Positions 1 through 7,999 of a stretch of DNA of 64,000 bases are shown piece by piece. This DNA comes from an uncultured Rickettsiales bacterium (GTDB lineage Bacteria; Pseudomonadota; Alphaproteobacteria; Rickettsiales; UBA1997): contig CALXSC010000110.1 in NCBI GenBank assembly GCA_944391025.1, forward strand, positions 2,406 through 66,405. The letters are read 5' to 3'. Under the pieces are notes generated by a model. That model searched no databases and was not told the DNA's origin. It saw only the letters and a program-made list of their open reading frames with translations. A program made the translations under genes and the position numbers. Position 1 is the first letter of the stretch. Each line of letters starts with the position of its first letter.

Positions 1-222
1 AATGGTTAATACTTTTGTAAGTAAGATTGTTGTGATAACACTCTTACTTTTCCTTTTAGAAAACTCAATTCAATAAAATATGAAACATAAGTATTTAGTA
101 ACCTTCCGTTTCGGGAAAGGTATTAACAAGTTCGTATGTACAAGAACGTTAAAAAGCGTATGGATTTTTGCTTTGAAAAAAGTTCCAAAAAGAGGTTTAT
201 TTACAATTAAAAGACTAGACAA

Positions 223-429
223 ATGATTGCTAAAGGAATACTCTTATGGAGTACTTTTGTTTCCATCATTTTATTTTTAGGTGGAATCGATGGGTTAAGT
301 GAACAAAGAATGCTAATTCCTGCATTACTATGGTGCACATTTTTATCATTACTCTGTTATAAGTATATAGATAAAAATGAGTTTAATGTATTATCGTTAT
401 CTAATTTTATAAATAAACTACTAAAATGA
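223..429 (+). CDS. hypothetical small membrane protein
   Basis: Track ORF, 68 aa, hydrophobic segments; stop overlaps next ATG (ATGA). Confidence 0.5.
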   Translation: MIAKGILLWSTFVSIILFLGGIDGLSEQRMLIPALLWCTFLSLLCYKYIDKNEFNVLSLSNFINKLLK

Positions 430-578
430 TCACATTTGTTGCGTTGATTTGCATGACAATTATGATTACTACAGTCATAGATGAACGAAAAAATATAAGT
501 AAAGAACTCTTTTTAAAATTACTTGTATTATCTATACTAGTGTCTATCTCATTGTTAATTTTAGGAATCTTTTGTTAA
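426..578 (+). CDS. hypothetical small membrane protein (50 aa, below track cutoff)
   Basis: ATG 426 overlapping upstream TGA; translation MITFVALICMTIMITT...LLILGIFC is two hydrophobic helices; TAA 576-578. Confidence 0.35.
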   Translation: MITFVALICMTIMITTVIDERKNISKELFLKLLVLSILVSISLLILGIFC

Positions 579-797
579 ACTTTTAAAATTATATTAAAAT
601 GATTTATCCATTTATTCTTTTATTAATTTTATACATGCTCGGAGATGCAGACAGGTAAATATATTCTCTATGATTCATTAGGGAATTACATCAAACAATT
701 CAGTACTTACCAGCAAGCAGAAACTTATAAATTTGCTAAAGGTAATTATGGCTGGATAATAAAATTTGTGTATTAACAAAGATATTGTTTAAAAATT

Positions 798-869
798 CTC
801 CCCATAATTCAACGGATAGAATAAGAATCTTCTAAATTCTAAATGTAGGTTCAATTCCTACTGGGGAGA
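798..869 (+). tRNA. tRNA-Arg (anticodon UCU)
   Basis: Cloverleaf by hand: acceptor 798-804/862-868, D stem 807-810/819-822, anticodon stem 824-828/836-840 with loop CTTCTAA, T arm GTAGG-TTCAATT-CCTAC. Confidence 0.8.
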
Positions 870-995
870 CTTTTTTAATTTTAAGATTATGGAAGAAAAT
901 AATAGAACTAATAAGATTATTTCAATTTGCTTTGTTACAGCGTGTGTAATCTTAAGTATAGGCGTTGGTATTATTGCTTATTAAAATAAATTATT

Positions 996-1403
996 ATGGA
1001 TAAGAAGTATTTAGATTATTATGGAGTTCCTGTAGTAATCTATCCGGCTTTGTTTAAGTATACGATTAAAGTGTACAATATTGATGGTAAATGTATACCT
1101 GAAATAGAAGATGAAAATGAAGAAGTAATTCTATCACCTACTAAAACTCTTGAATTATTTAATAATCAAAATTACTGGGATACAGAAGATGAAGCTTACT
1201 CTGCCGCAAAACAAGTTCTTATCAACTATTTAAATAGTTATAATAAGAAACTTCAAGAAGGATGGATCAATCTATATAAAAGTGGATTAGACTTTCATCC
1301 TGCAATCGTTGGTTCATCTTTTGTATACTATACCAAGGAAGAAGCATTACAGGATGCAGGTCCTGGTGTGATGGCGACTATTAAAATAACTTGGGAAGAA
1401 TAA
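996..1403 (+). CDS. hypothetical protein, member of a 3-copy paralog family ending in ...I/V-K-I-x-W-E-E
   Basis: Track ORF; C-terminus ATIKITWEE matches ATAKINWEE (2412-3269) and TTVKIEWEE (59960-60493). Confidence 0.7.
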   Translation: MDKKYLDYYGVPVVIYPALFKYTIKVYNIDGKCIPEIEDENEEVILSPTKTLELFNNQNYWDTEDEAYSAAKQVLINYLNSYNKKLQEGWINLYKSGLDFHPAIVGSSFVYYTKEEALQDAGPGVMATIKITWEE

Positions 1404-1417
1404 ATTTGTTATATTTT

Positions 1418-1561
1418 AGAGAGTAATATTCATCCAGTAATACTGGTCCTGTATACCATTAGCATAGCTCTGCAAGCGCGTAAGCATCTATCAACTCTTG
1501 GGAATCTAATAGAATTTTCTAGAAACTACTGATCATAGTTGGAAATAGATTCTTACTCTCT
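1418..1561 (+). ncRNA. candidate structured RNA (unclassified)
   Basis: Intergenic, locally GC-richer; 9-bp closing helix AGAGAGTAA(1418-1426)/TTACTCTCT(1553-1561); internal hairpin CCAGTAATACTGG. Confidence 0.25.
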
Positions 1562-1578
1562 TTAATTATTAAATTATT

Positions 1579-2028
1579 ATGTGTTTAGCAGTTTATAAAA
1601 ATTTTAAAATAGAGATCGTTAAAGAACCTATTTTTGTTTATAAAATTGGATGTCCTTTATTAGATTGTTTTACTTCTCCTCATTATGATTATAAATACAT
1701 ACAAGGGGAACTAAGTGTTTGCCCGAATCCATTTGAAATAATGAGTAGAAAATATAAAGAAGGCTTTGTAGTTTACGATCAAGCTGAGTTTGATAATCTT
1801 ATTAATGAGTTTAAGTTTGGTGATCCATTAATTTTATGGATGAAAGAAACATTTGATTTAATTGTTACAGGATTTCACTTTATGTATTCTAACAGAAGAA
1901 TTACATCTACGGATTATAAGCTTGGCATATTTGCGATTCCAGAAGGCGCAAGAGTAGTTACAGGTATTGATAGTGATTTAGGTGTTACTGATAAAATAAT
2001 TTATTTAGGAAATAGTAAAGATTTATAA
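1579..2028 (+). CDS. hypothetical protein
   Basis: Track ORF, 149 aa; co-oriented, stop overlaps next ATG (TAATG). Confidence 0.7.
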   Translation: MCLAVYKNFKIEIVKEPIFVYKIGCPLLDCFTSPHYDYKYIQGELSVCPNPFEIMSRKYKEGFVVYDQAEFDNLINEFKFGDPLILWMKETFDLIVTGFHFMYSNRRITSTDYKLGIFAIPEGARVVTGIDSDLGVTDKIIYLGNSKDL

Positions 2029-2402
2029 TGGATATTATTCAATTAAAATATGAGCTTTCTAAAAAGAGTCCAGCAGAAATTTAGATTCTATTACAAATGC
2101 TAATGATTGAAAAGAAACTATCTTTTGTTTCACTATCAAATGCATATGTTGAGTATCTCGAACAAATAAAAGAAGATAACGAAAACAAATTAATAGAAGC
2201 TGAAACTTGTGTGATGGAAAGTTTCATTTATAATAGGAAAGATAAAGATGCCGCTTCCCATAACTCAGCTTTACGTGCTCTCTATCTATTAAATAAATCT
2301 AATAGATTTAATGTACAAGCAGAAAATAAAAAATATAATTATAATGAAGAGGAGGCAAGAAAATTATCTTGGTATGAACGTAATAAAAATAGTAATTCAT
2401 AG
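2028..2402 (+). CDS. hypothetical protein; start at 2028 requires reading TAG 2082-2084 as sense
   Basis: ATG 2028 overlaps upstream TAA; in frame with track ORF 2097-2402 through one TAG; ends in TAG 2400-2402, in frame with 2412-3269. Confidence 0.5.
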
Positions 2403-2411
2403 GATATTCAC

Positions 2412-3269
2412 ATGGAACGTAAGATTGGAGAAATATTTGAGTATGATGATGAGTGGTATCAGTGTATAAGAAGTACTACTTGTGCAGGTTGTTCTCTTTT
2501 TGATACAATATGTATGGGTGATGATAAAGATAAAGTGTTTGGCGAATGTAGCTACGCAGAAAGAAATGATGGTAAATCTATTAGCTTCAAGAAACTTGAA
2601 AAGATTAGAGAACCTTTTGAAATAAATGGTTATACGTATCAAGAATATGCGGTATATACATATCCTGCATTAATAAATGGAGATGCTAAAATACCTACAG
2701 TTAATGGATTTGCAGTAATAATCAAAGAAAACAAAGGAGATATGAAAATAAAGAGAGTTATAATGAACCATAATGACAGAGATTATCTTTTGGATACATT
2801 GGAAGCTATTCTACATGATACTCATTGCCAAGAATACAAAGATGAGATTTGTGAAGCATTTTCAAAGTATATAATTCCAGAAGCTACTGCTGATTTGAAA
2901 CCCTTTGATTTAGATGCCGCTAAAGCTGGTAAGCCAGTTTGTACTCGTGACGGAAGAAAGGCGAGGATTATTTGCTTTGACAGGGGTGACAATAAACCTA
3001 TTGTTGCACTTATAACTACTAATAATAGAGAATATCTAACAGAATATTATTGTAATGGAAGAATATCACATTATAATTCAGAAAATAACGACCTTATGAT
3101 GCGCTCCGAAAATAAAGAGGGATGGGTGAATGTGTATTGCGATTGTGATGGAGCAAACATAACTAAGGATGATAACATTTATTCTTCAAAGGACGCTGCA
3201 ATCGCATCTGCGCAAATAATTGATAGAGATAACTATGTTGCAACGGCTAAGATAAACTGGGAGGAATAA
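2412..3269 (+). CDS. hypothetical protein, WEE-tail paralog family
   Basis: Track ORF 285 aa; KPFDLDAAKAGKPVCTRDGRKARIICFD and NKEGWVNVY blocks shared with 59960-60493, including a 23-nt identical DNA stretch. Confidence 0.75.
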   Translation: MERKIGEIFEYDDEWYQCIRSTTCAGCSLFDTICMGDDKDKVFGECSYAERNDGKSISFKKLEKIREPFEINGYTYQEYAVYTYPALINGDAKIPTVNGFAVIIKENKGDMKIKRVIMNHNDRDYLLDTLEAILHDTHCQEYKDEICEAFSKYIIPEATADLKPFDLDAAKAGKPVCTRDGRKARIICFDRGDNKPIVALITTNNREYLTEYYCNGRISHYNSENNDLMMRSENKEGWVNVYCDCDGANITKDDNIYSSKDAAIASAQIIDRDNYVATAKINWEE

Positions 3270-3270
3270 T

Positions 3271-3459
3271 ATGGCATGGGTAGCAGTAGATAAGAATGGG
3301 AATGAAGTTATTTTTGAATTTGAGCTATACAGATGGAATGATTTCTTTTGGGTGGAAGATACTGGTGATTACATAGACCTTCCAAAAGGCTCAATTAAGA
3401 AACTTATAGGTAGAGACTTAGATTGGAATAATGAACCTGTAGAATTAAAGGTGGAATAA
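3271..3459 (+). CDS. hypothetical small protein (tandem paralog of 3463-3699)
   Basis: Track ORF; MxW(V/I)A..KNG... N-terminus and ...EP.EL tail resemble the next ORF. Confidence 0.65.
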   Translation: MAWVAVDKNGNEVIFEFELYRWNDFFWVEDTGDYIDLPKGSIKKLIGRDLDWNNEPVELKVE

Positions 3460-3462
3460 ATT

Positions 3463-3699
3463 ATGTGGATAGCGAGAAATGAAAACGGTATGCTTCATGC
3501 CTTTGATTCAAAACCTATTAAAAGCAGAAGACTCAAAGGATATTGGACTTATGATACAGGACCTAATTACTGGCTTGATGATAGATATGCAATAGAGCTT
3601 CCTAGAAAATGGTTTCCAGAAGTCAAATGGGAAGATGAAGAACCGCGAGAACTTGTTTTAAAACCGATAAAGAAGAATAATTATGAGAATAGAACCTAA
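3463..3699 (+). CDS. hypothetical small protein
   Basis: Track ORF; tightly packed; similar to 3271-3459. Confidence 0.65.
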   Translation: MWIARNENGMLHAFDSKPIKSRRLKGYWTYDTGPNYWLDDRYAIELPRKWFPEVKWEDEEPRELVLKPIKKNNYENRT

Positions 3700-4342
3700 A
3701 ATTGGAGAAATAATAACTGTTGAAAATGTTAAATATATAACAAAATTAACAATTAATCCGGAACCACAATGTAATCAATGTCATCTTCTTAATAAACCTT
3801 GTAGGGACATTAGTTGTATACCATTTTTTAGAAAAGATGGTCAAGCAGTAATATTTAAAGAAGTAAAAGAAATGGAAGTAAAGATTCAAATACCTGATAA
3901 TTGTGAACTCATCAAGGATGGGAACACATATATAGTTAAAGAGAAGAAACAAGAACCTCCAAAAAGTTGGGAGGAGTTCTGTGAGAGATATCCTACTCAG
4001 AAAAGGGAGGCTTATATAGATTTAGTGGGCCAAGTTAGAGAAATTGCCTATAATTGTACACCATCAAGACCAAGAAACGGTAAAAATTTCTGTATTTCAA
4101 AAGAAGAAGCAGAAGCATTTCTTGCCTTAATGCAATTAAGACAGTTAAGGAAAGCTTGGATTGGAGATTGGGAACGTGATTATGAACATTTTGTATATTG
4201 TATTATTAATTGTGAAGATTCACTTGTTCGTTCATCCCATCTGTATGCTAATAGTCCTCTTTCATTTCCTACTGAAGAAATGGCTAAAGAATTTCATGAA
4301 TGTTTTAAAGATTTGTGTGAAACTGCTAAAAGATTTTTATAA
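3683..4342 (+). CDS. hypothetical protein
   Basis: Track ORF 219 aa; overlaps neighbours by a few nt. Confidence 0.7.
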   Translation: MRIEPKIGEIITVENVKYITKLTINPEPQCNQCHLLNKPCRDISCIPFFRKDGQAVIFKEVKEMEVKIQIPDNCELIKDGNTYIVKEKKQEPPKSWEEFCERYPTQKREAYIDLVGQVREIAYNCTPSRPRNGKNFCISKEEAEAFLALMQLRQLRKAWIGDWERDYEHFVYCIINCEDSLVRSSHLYANSPLSFPTEEMAKEFHECFKDLCETAKRFL

Positions 4343-4344
4343 TT

Positions 4345-4653
4345 ATGTTTGCACTTATAGTAATTACACTTATTTTATTTTCTTTATTCCTCGTAGTTCT
4401 TGATATTTATTTAGATATTTATTTAAAAACATCTAAAAAACCTAGAGTATTATTCATAATCGGTGGGATGATTATGGTTGCTTTGTTGTTTTCGATTTTA
4501 ATAGAGTACACTACTACTCCTACAATAGAAGATTATGTACATGGTAATACTACGACAGAAATAAAATATGAAATGCATGACGGTGTTTTAATTAAAGCAG
4601 ACACTACTTACATCTATAAAACAAAGGAATGCAAAGAATTTTATGGAAACTAA
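4345..4653 (+). CDS. hypothetical membrane protein
   Basis: Track ORF; two N-terminal hydrophobic helices. Confidence 0.6.
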   Translation: MFALIVITLILFSLFLVVLDIYLDIYLKTSKKPRVLFIIGGMIMVALLFSILIEYTTTPTIEDYVHGNTTTEIKYEMHDGVLIKADTTYIYKTKECKEFYGN

Positions 4654-4900
4654 AACTGAAATTATAGAATTAAACAATCTTAATTTTTACTTTTCAATCA
4701 ACTGTGACGTGATGAAAAGTGAATACTGGTATTAATAACCTTTACTAAGCTCGTGCGAATAATAGTAACACGTGGTTAAACTTAGTTCCCTTACGGGCTG
4801 TGGGAAACGCTTATCATTTCCTACAGGACATTGCCAGTGGAATAGTAACTGGAACAATTATCCAACATTAAAATAAATCCTTAGTTGGAGAGGTAATCTT

Positions 4901-5209
4901 ATGATTGGTCGTAATTCAATTTGCGTTAAATTTACAATTAAAAAGAAACCTGTAATTATACAGGCAAACAAAAATTATGCAATTTGTGATATTATATTCA
5001 GTCATGATGCAATAGAACCTAAAAAACCGATTGAACTTACAAAAGAATCCATGGCTAAATATAGGAAAGAAAAACTTTCCTATGATCTTGCTGTAAGAGA
5101 AATTAAAAATCAGCGTCAAGCGTTTCTTAATAAGTTTCAAGGTAAACAATTAAATGATGCATATATAGTTGAACGTATTAATTATTACTTCAATGAGACA
5201 GCGATTTAA
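4901..5209 (+). CDS. hypothetical protein
   Basis: Track ORF 102 aa; rare purine-rich GGAGAGG 8 nt upstream. Confidence 0.55.
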   Translation: MIGRNSICVKFTIKKKPVIIQANKNYAICDIIFSHDAIEPKKPIELTKESMAKYRKEKLSYDLAVREIKNQRQAFLNKFQGKQLNDAYIVERINYYFNETAI

Positions 5210-5594
5210 TGCGATTAATTGTATTATGCAATTTAATCAGATTAGAATTGAAATGTCTAATCAATCTGCGACTGAACAGGATTTTAAATACTTCTTTAAA
5301 ATCTGTGGTATTCCTTGTAACGCCTTGTTCTGGAGTAAATTTGAAAAATCAGGTTTAATTCAGAAAATTGATAATAATTCTTATATATGGACAAATCCGA
5401 AAAGACCTATTCATTATCAAGAATTAGATAATATTTATCAAGAGTATAAAAACACCTTTGATAGATATTATCATACTTATCAAGAAAAGAAAATAAAAAA
5501 GAATACACAGGTACTTCAAGATGCTATAAACTTATTAAAAGAAAATGGGTTTATAATTCTTAAGCAAGAAGGTAATATGTTCGAACAACTATAA
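5193..5594 (+). CDS. hypothetical protein (start ambiguous: ATG 5193, 5226 or 5253)
   Basis: Track ORF 5169-5594 uses a non-ATG start; three in-frame ATGs follow. Confidence 0.6.
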   Translation: MRQRFNAINCIMQFNQIRIEMSNQSATEQDFKYFFKICGIPCNALFWSKFEKSGLIQKIDNNSYIWTNPKRPIHYQELDNIYQEYKNTFDRYYHTYQEKKIKKNTQVLQDAINLLKENGFIILKQEGNMFEQL

Positions 5595-5600
5595 ATAATC

Positions 5601-5680
5601 AATAATTTGTGATTTTCAAGTAATTAACTATTTTTAATATAGTTACTATTTGAAATATCACAAATTATTATTATTTTTGT
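5601..5680 (+). terminator. long imperfect hairpin plus T-run, likely intrinsic terminator
   Basis: AATAATTTGTGAT(5601-5613) pairs with ATCACAAATTATT(5657-5669); further inner pairing; followed by TTATTATTTTTG. Confidence 0.6.
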
Positions 5681-5881
5681 AAATATCCGTTAATTAAACA
5701 TGTTTTCTCGGTTGGACTGTACCAGAACAAGTCGGATTCTATACGTCGCTGTAGTATAGCCATTCTTTAAAGTTCTAGGGAGAGAAACTGAGTTGTTTGG
5801 TTATTTGTTGACTTTAAATAGAAATAACCTATAACTAGCTAATCTATAAGGAATGAGAATAACCCTGATTAGTATAGTTTT

Positions 5882-5954
5882 CGGGCTATAGTTTAATTGG
5901 TAAAACGTCTGATGCTTAATCAGAATATGTTGGTTCGAATCCAACAAAGTCCGC
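5882..5954 (+). tRNA. atypical tRNA, positional anticodon CUU (Lys) with G at position 33
   Basis: Canonical T arm GTTGG-TTCGAAT-CCAAC and D arm GTTT-AATTGGTA-AAAC; anticodon stem TCTGA/TCAGA with loop TGCTTAA; acceptor has one mismatch and a 1-nt register problem. Confidence 0.5.
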
Positions 5955-5975
5955 TAATTTTTAAAAAGTAATATT

Positions 5976-6188
5976 ATGAATACAATTTTTCTTATTTATT
6001 TAATCGGAGTTATATGTAGTGTTATTATGACAATTCTTACAGGAATTGAAAAGAGAGATAATAAGATAACTTTTTGGACTGTATTAGCTGGAATAAGTGC
6101 TAGTCTATTATCATGGGGTAGTGTTGCTGTATATGTAGTCCTAATATATCTTGAATATTTAAGTAGCAAATGGACTAAATTAAACTAA
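5976..6188 (+). CDS. hypothetical membrane protein
   Basis: Track ORF 70 aa, two hydrophobic helices. Confidence 0.6.
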   Translation: MNTIFLIYLIGVICSVIMTILTGIEKRDNKITFWTVLAGISASLLSWGSVAVYVVLIYLEYLSSKWTKLN

Positions 6189-6189
6189 C

Positions 6190-6582
6190 ATGGAAGAAGA
6201 AATAATAGATCCAGAAATTAAAGAAAAAATACTTCAAGCCGAATTAAAGTCTCCTGAAGAAAGGACATATGAAGAACGTTATTATGTTTGGTTAAAAGAA
6301 AGATACCAATATCAGGATTATAACGAAGGCGAAGAAATAGAAATATATGATGGCGACAAACTTTATTATAATAAATTACGTGATGGATTTGGTAAAGAAT
6401 TTCCTGAATGGATAAGAGAATGTGGTAAATATTTTGGTAGAAAAGTAAGACAATGTATAACAGGAGAAATCAAAACTCTTATAGGAATTTCTTATACATA
6501 TATGGATTACTATTATATTCTTGAAGATAATGGAGAGAAATCTTATGAAACATGTCTTTCTAGTATTGAAATCTTAGATTGA
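6190..6582 (+). CDS. hypothetical protein
   Basis: Track ORF 130 aa; starts 2 nt after previous stop. Confidence 0.7.
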   Translation: MEEEIIDPEIKEKILQAELKSPEERTYEERYYVWLKERYQYQDYNEGEEIEIYDGDKLYYNKLRDGFGKEFPEWIRECGKYFGRKVRQCITGEIKTLIGISYTYMDYYYILEDNGEKSYETCLSSIEILD

Positions 6583-6625
6583 GTTTTTAGATTAAGATAA
6601 AAAAAAATTGAATTATTAATTAGGA

Positions 6626-6921
6626 GCCGGGATGTTGAAATTGGTAGACAAGACAGACTTAGAAAAATAATCAATATTAGGTAATGAGTGCCTAAAAGGA
6701 AACTTTTAGAGTAGAAGCCAGCTAATTCGGGGAAGGTATCAGCCGTATAAATGATAATAATCCCGAGCTAAATAGAAAAAACTTCTTAAATGTGTACAGA
6801 CTATACACTGGCTACCTAAATCACTACTAAGTGCTATGGTAAAGAGATAGTCGAGAGAGTAGATTACTCTCGAAAATTTGTTGCCTTAACAGGCGTGTGG
6901 GTTCGAGTCCCACTTCCGGTA
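6626..6921 (+). tRNA. tRNA-Leu (anticodon UAA) split by a group I intron; exons 6626-6660 and 6873-6921
   Basis: Acceptor GCCGGGA/TTCCGGT; T arm GTGGG-TTCGAGT-CCCAC; long variable arm; anticodon stem ACAGA/TTTGT. Joined loop is CTT|AAAA, so the insertion lies between U34 and A35. Confidence 0.8.
6661..6872 (+). mobile_element. group I intron (IC3-like), ORF-less, 212 nt
   Basis: 5' exon ends in U and intron ends in G (..CTCG). Core strings GTGTACAGACTATACACTGG, CTACCTAAA, GTGCTATGGTAAAGAGATAGTCG resemble my recollection of cyanobacterial tRNA-Leu and Azoarcus intron cores. Confidence 0.75.
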
Positions 6922-6960
6922 CTAAAACAAATGATTTATTAATATTTTATATTAAACATT

Positions 6961-7392
6961 ATGACAAAATTAATACCTAGAAGTTATGCAAAAGGAGGCT
7001 AGCTTAATAGCCTATAGTTATTTACAGATTTCATAAGTAAATTAGAAGGATGGAAAACTAAATGTAAAAATCTTCATTGGGCTGCTCCTAAAAACAATAT
7101 TCATGTAAGGCTTGATGAGTTTTTAGAAGTTCTTTCAGATTATCAAGATACTTTAGCAGAAGGAATAATGGGATTACTAGGAGTACATCTTGGTCCTAAC
7201 GATATATCAGGAGATCCAGGTAATATAGATAATGCTACTGATTTTATACATCAAGTAAAAACAGAAACATTATCTTTTTATAATAGTATTCCATCAGATA
7301 TACAATATTGTGGATTAAAATCAGAGACTGAAACATTTATTTATAATATTAATAAATACACCTATCTCTTCTCAATTTGCTCTAATGAATAA
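6961..7392 (+). CDS. Dps/ferritin-like protein; needs two in-frame TAGs (7000, 7015) read as sense
   Basis: ATG 6961 is in frame with track ORF 7168-7392. Recoded N-half carries Dps-like K..HW..(N)..H..LDEF...D.LAE spacing (NLHWAAPKNNIHVRLDEFLEVLSDYQDTLAEGI). Confidence 0.65.
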
Positions 7393-7408
7393 TTATCAAA
7401 AGATTTAA

Positions 7409-7606
7409 ATGTATATATTAAGTATCAGTCCTAAAGCTTTTATTAAGCAGGGACAAGAAAATGAAATTATTATAGTATCCGATCCAAATAAAGCTACTAT
7501 AATAGAAACAATAGGTGACGCTATGAAAATTGCTTCTATAATCAATACTGATTTTGAAGCGGATGTTGTCAAAGTTCTATCAACCTCAGTTTCTAGTAAT
7601 CTATAA
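7409..7606 (+). CDS. hypothetical protein
   Basis: Track ORF 65 aa; preferred over the overlapping antisense ORF because of orientation. Confidence 0.5.
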   Translation: MYILSISPKAFIKQGQENEIIIVSDPNKATIIETIGDAMKIASIINTDFEADVVKVLSTSVSSNL

Positions 7607-7674
7607 ACTGGTGACTTTAGATCTTCGTTCAACAAGAACTGAGATAGGTTGGCTAACCTAAGTAATAGTCAAAA

Positions 7675-7730
7675 AGGACTAACTTATATAGTTATGAGGT
7701 TGAATTATAATTAAGTTAGTCCTATTTTTA
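7675..7730 (+). terminator. intrinsic terminator-like hairpin
   Basis: 12-bp stem AGGACTAACTTA/TAAGTTAGTCCT, 25-nt loop, then ATTTTTA. Confidence 0.6.
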
Positions 7731-7741
7731 ATTTATATGTT

Positions 7742-7999
7742 ATGGGAGAAATTATTTTAAGTTGTTTAATTGCAAATATTATTACACTAATATTTGTATC
7801 TGTAATATTTATTCTTATAGGATATATATTATATAAAAAATATATAGATAACATTAAAGATATAATATCTGATACAACTCAGAATGTAAATAATATTATT
7901 TCAGAAATTACTTCAACTACTAGTGAAGTTAAAAATTCTATGAATAAAATAAAAGAATTCTTAGACAAATGGGAAAGAATTATAAACTTTGGAATGTAG
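7742..7999 (+). CDS. hypothetical membrane protein (ends in TAG)
   Basis: Track ORF 85 aa; N-terminal TM helix. Confidence 0.6.
   Translation: MGEIILSCLIANIITLIFVSVIFILIGYILYKKYIDNIKDIISDTTQNVNNIISEITSTTSEVKNSMNKIKEFLDKWERIINFGM

Noticed and set aside
798-869. Possible CUA suppressor tRNA, because the anticodon loop contains the string CTA (CTTCTAA).
   Set aside because: With the only stem that pairs (AGAAT/ATTCT), positions 34-36 are TCT, preceded by U33. It is therefore tRNA-Arg(UCU). No tRNA in the window has a CUA anticodon in register.
4161-4403. Plus-strand alternative-frame ORFs at 4161-4403 and 10882-11115, and the non-ATG N-terminal extensions of track ORFs 31297, 36467, 42877, 29963, 35478, 55934, 61824 and 19860.
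   Set aside because: They overlap better-supported frames, or they run across terminators and upstream stop codons. I trimmed these to the first ATG that fits the coupled start/stop pattern.
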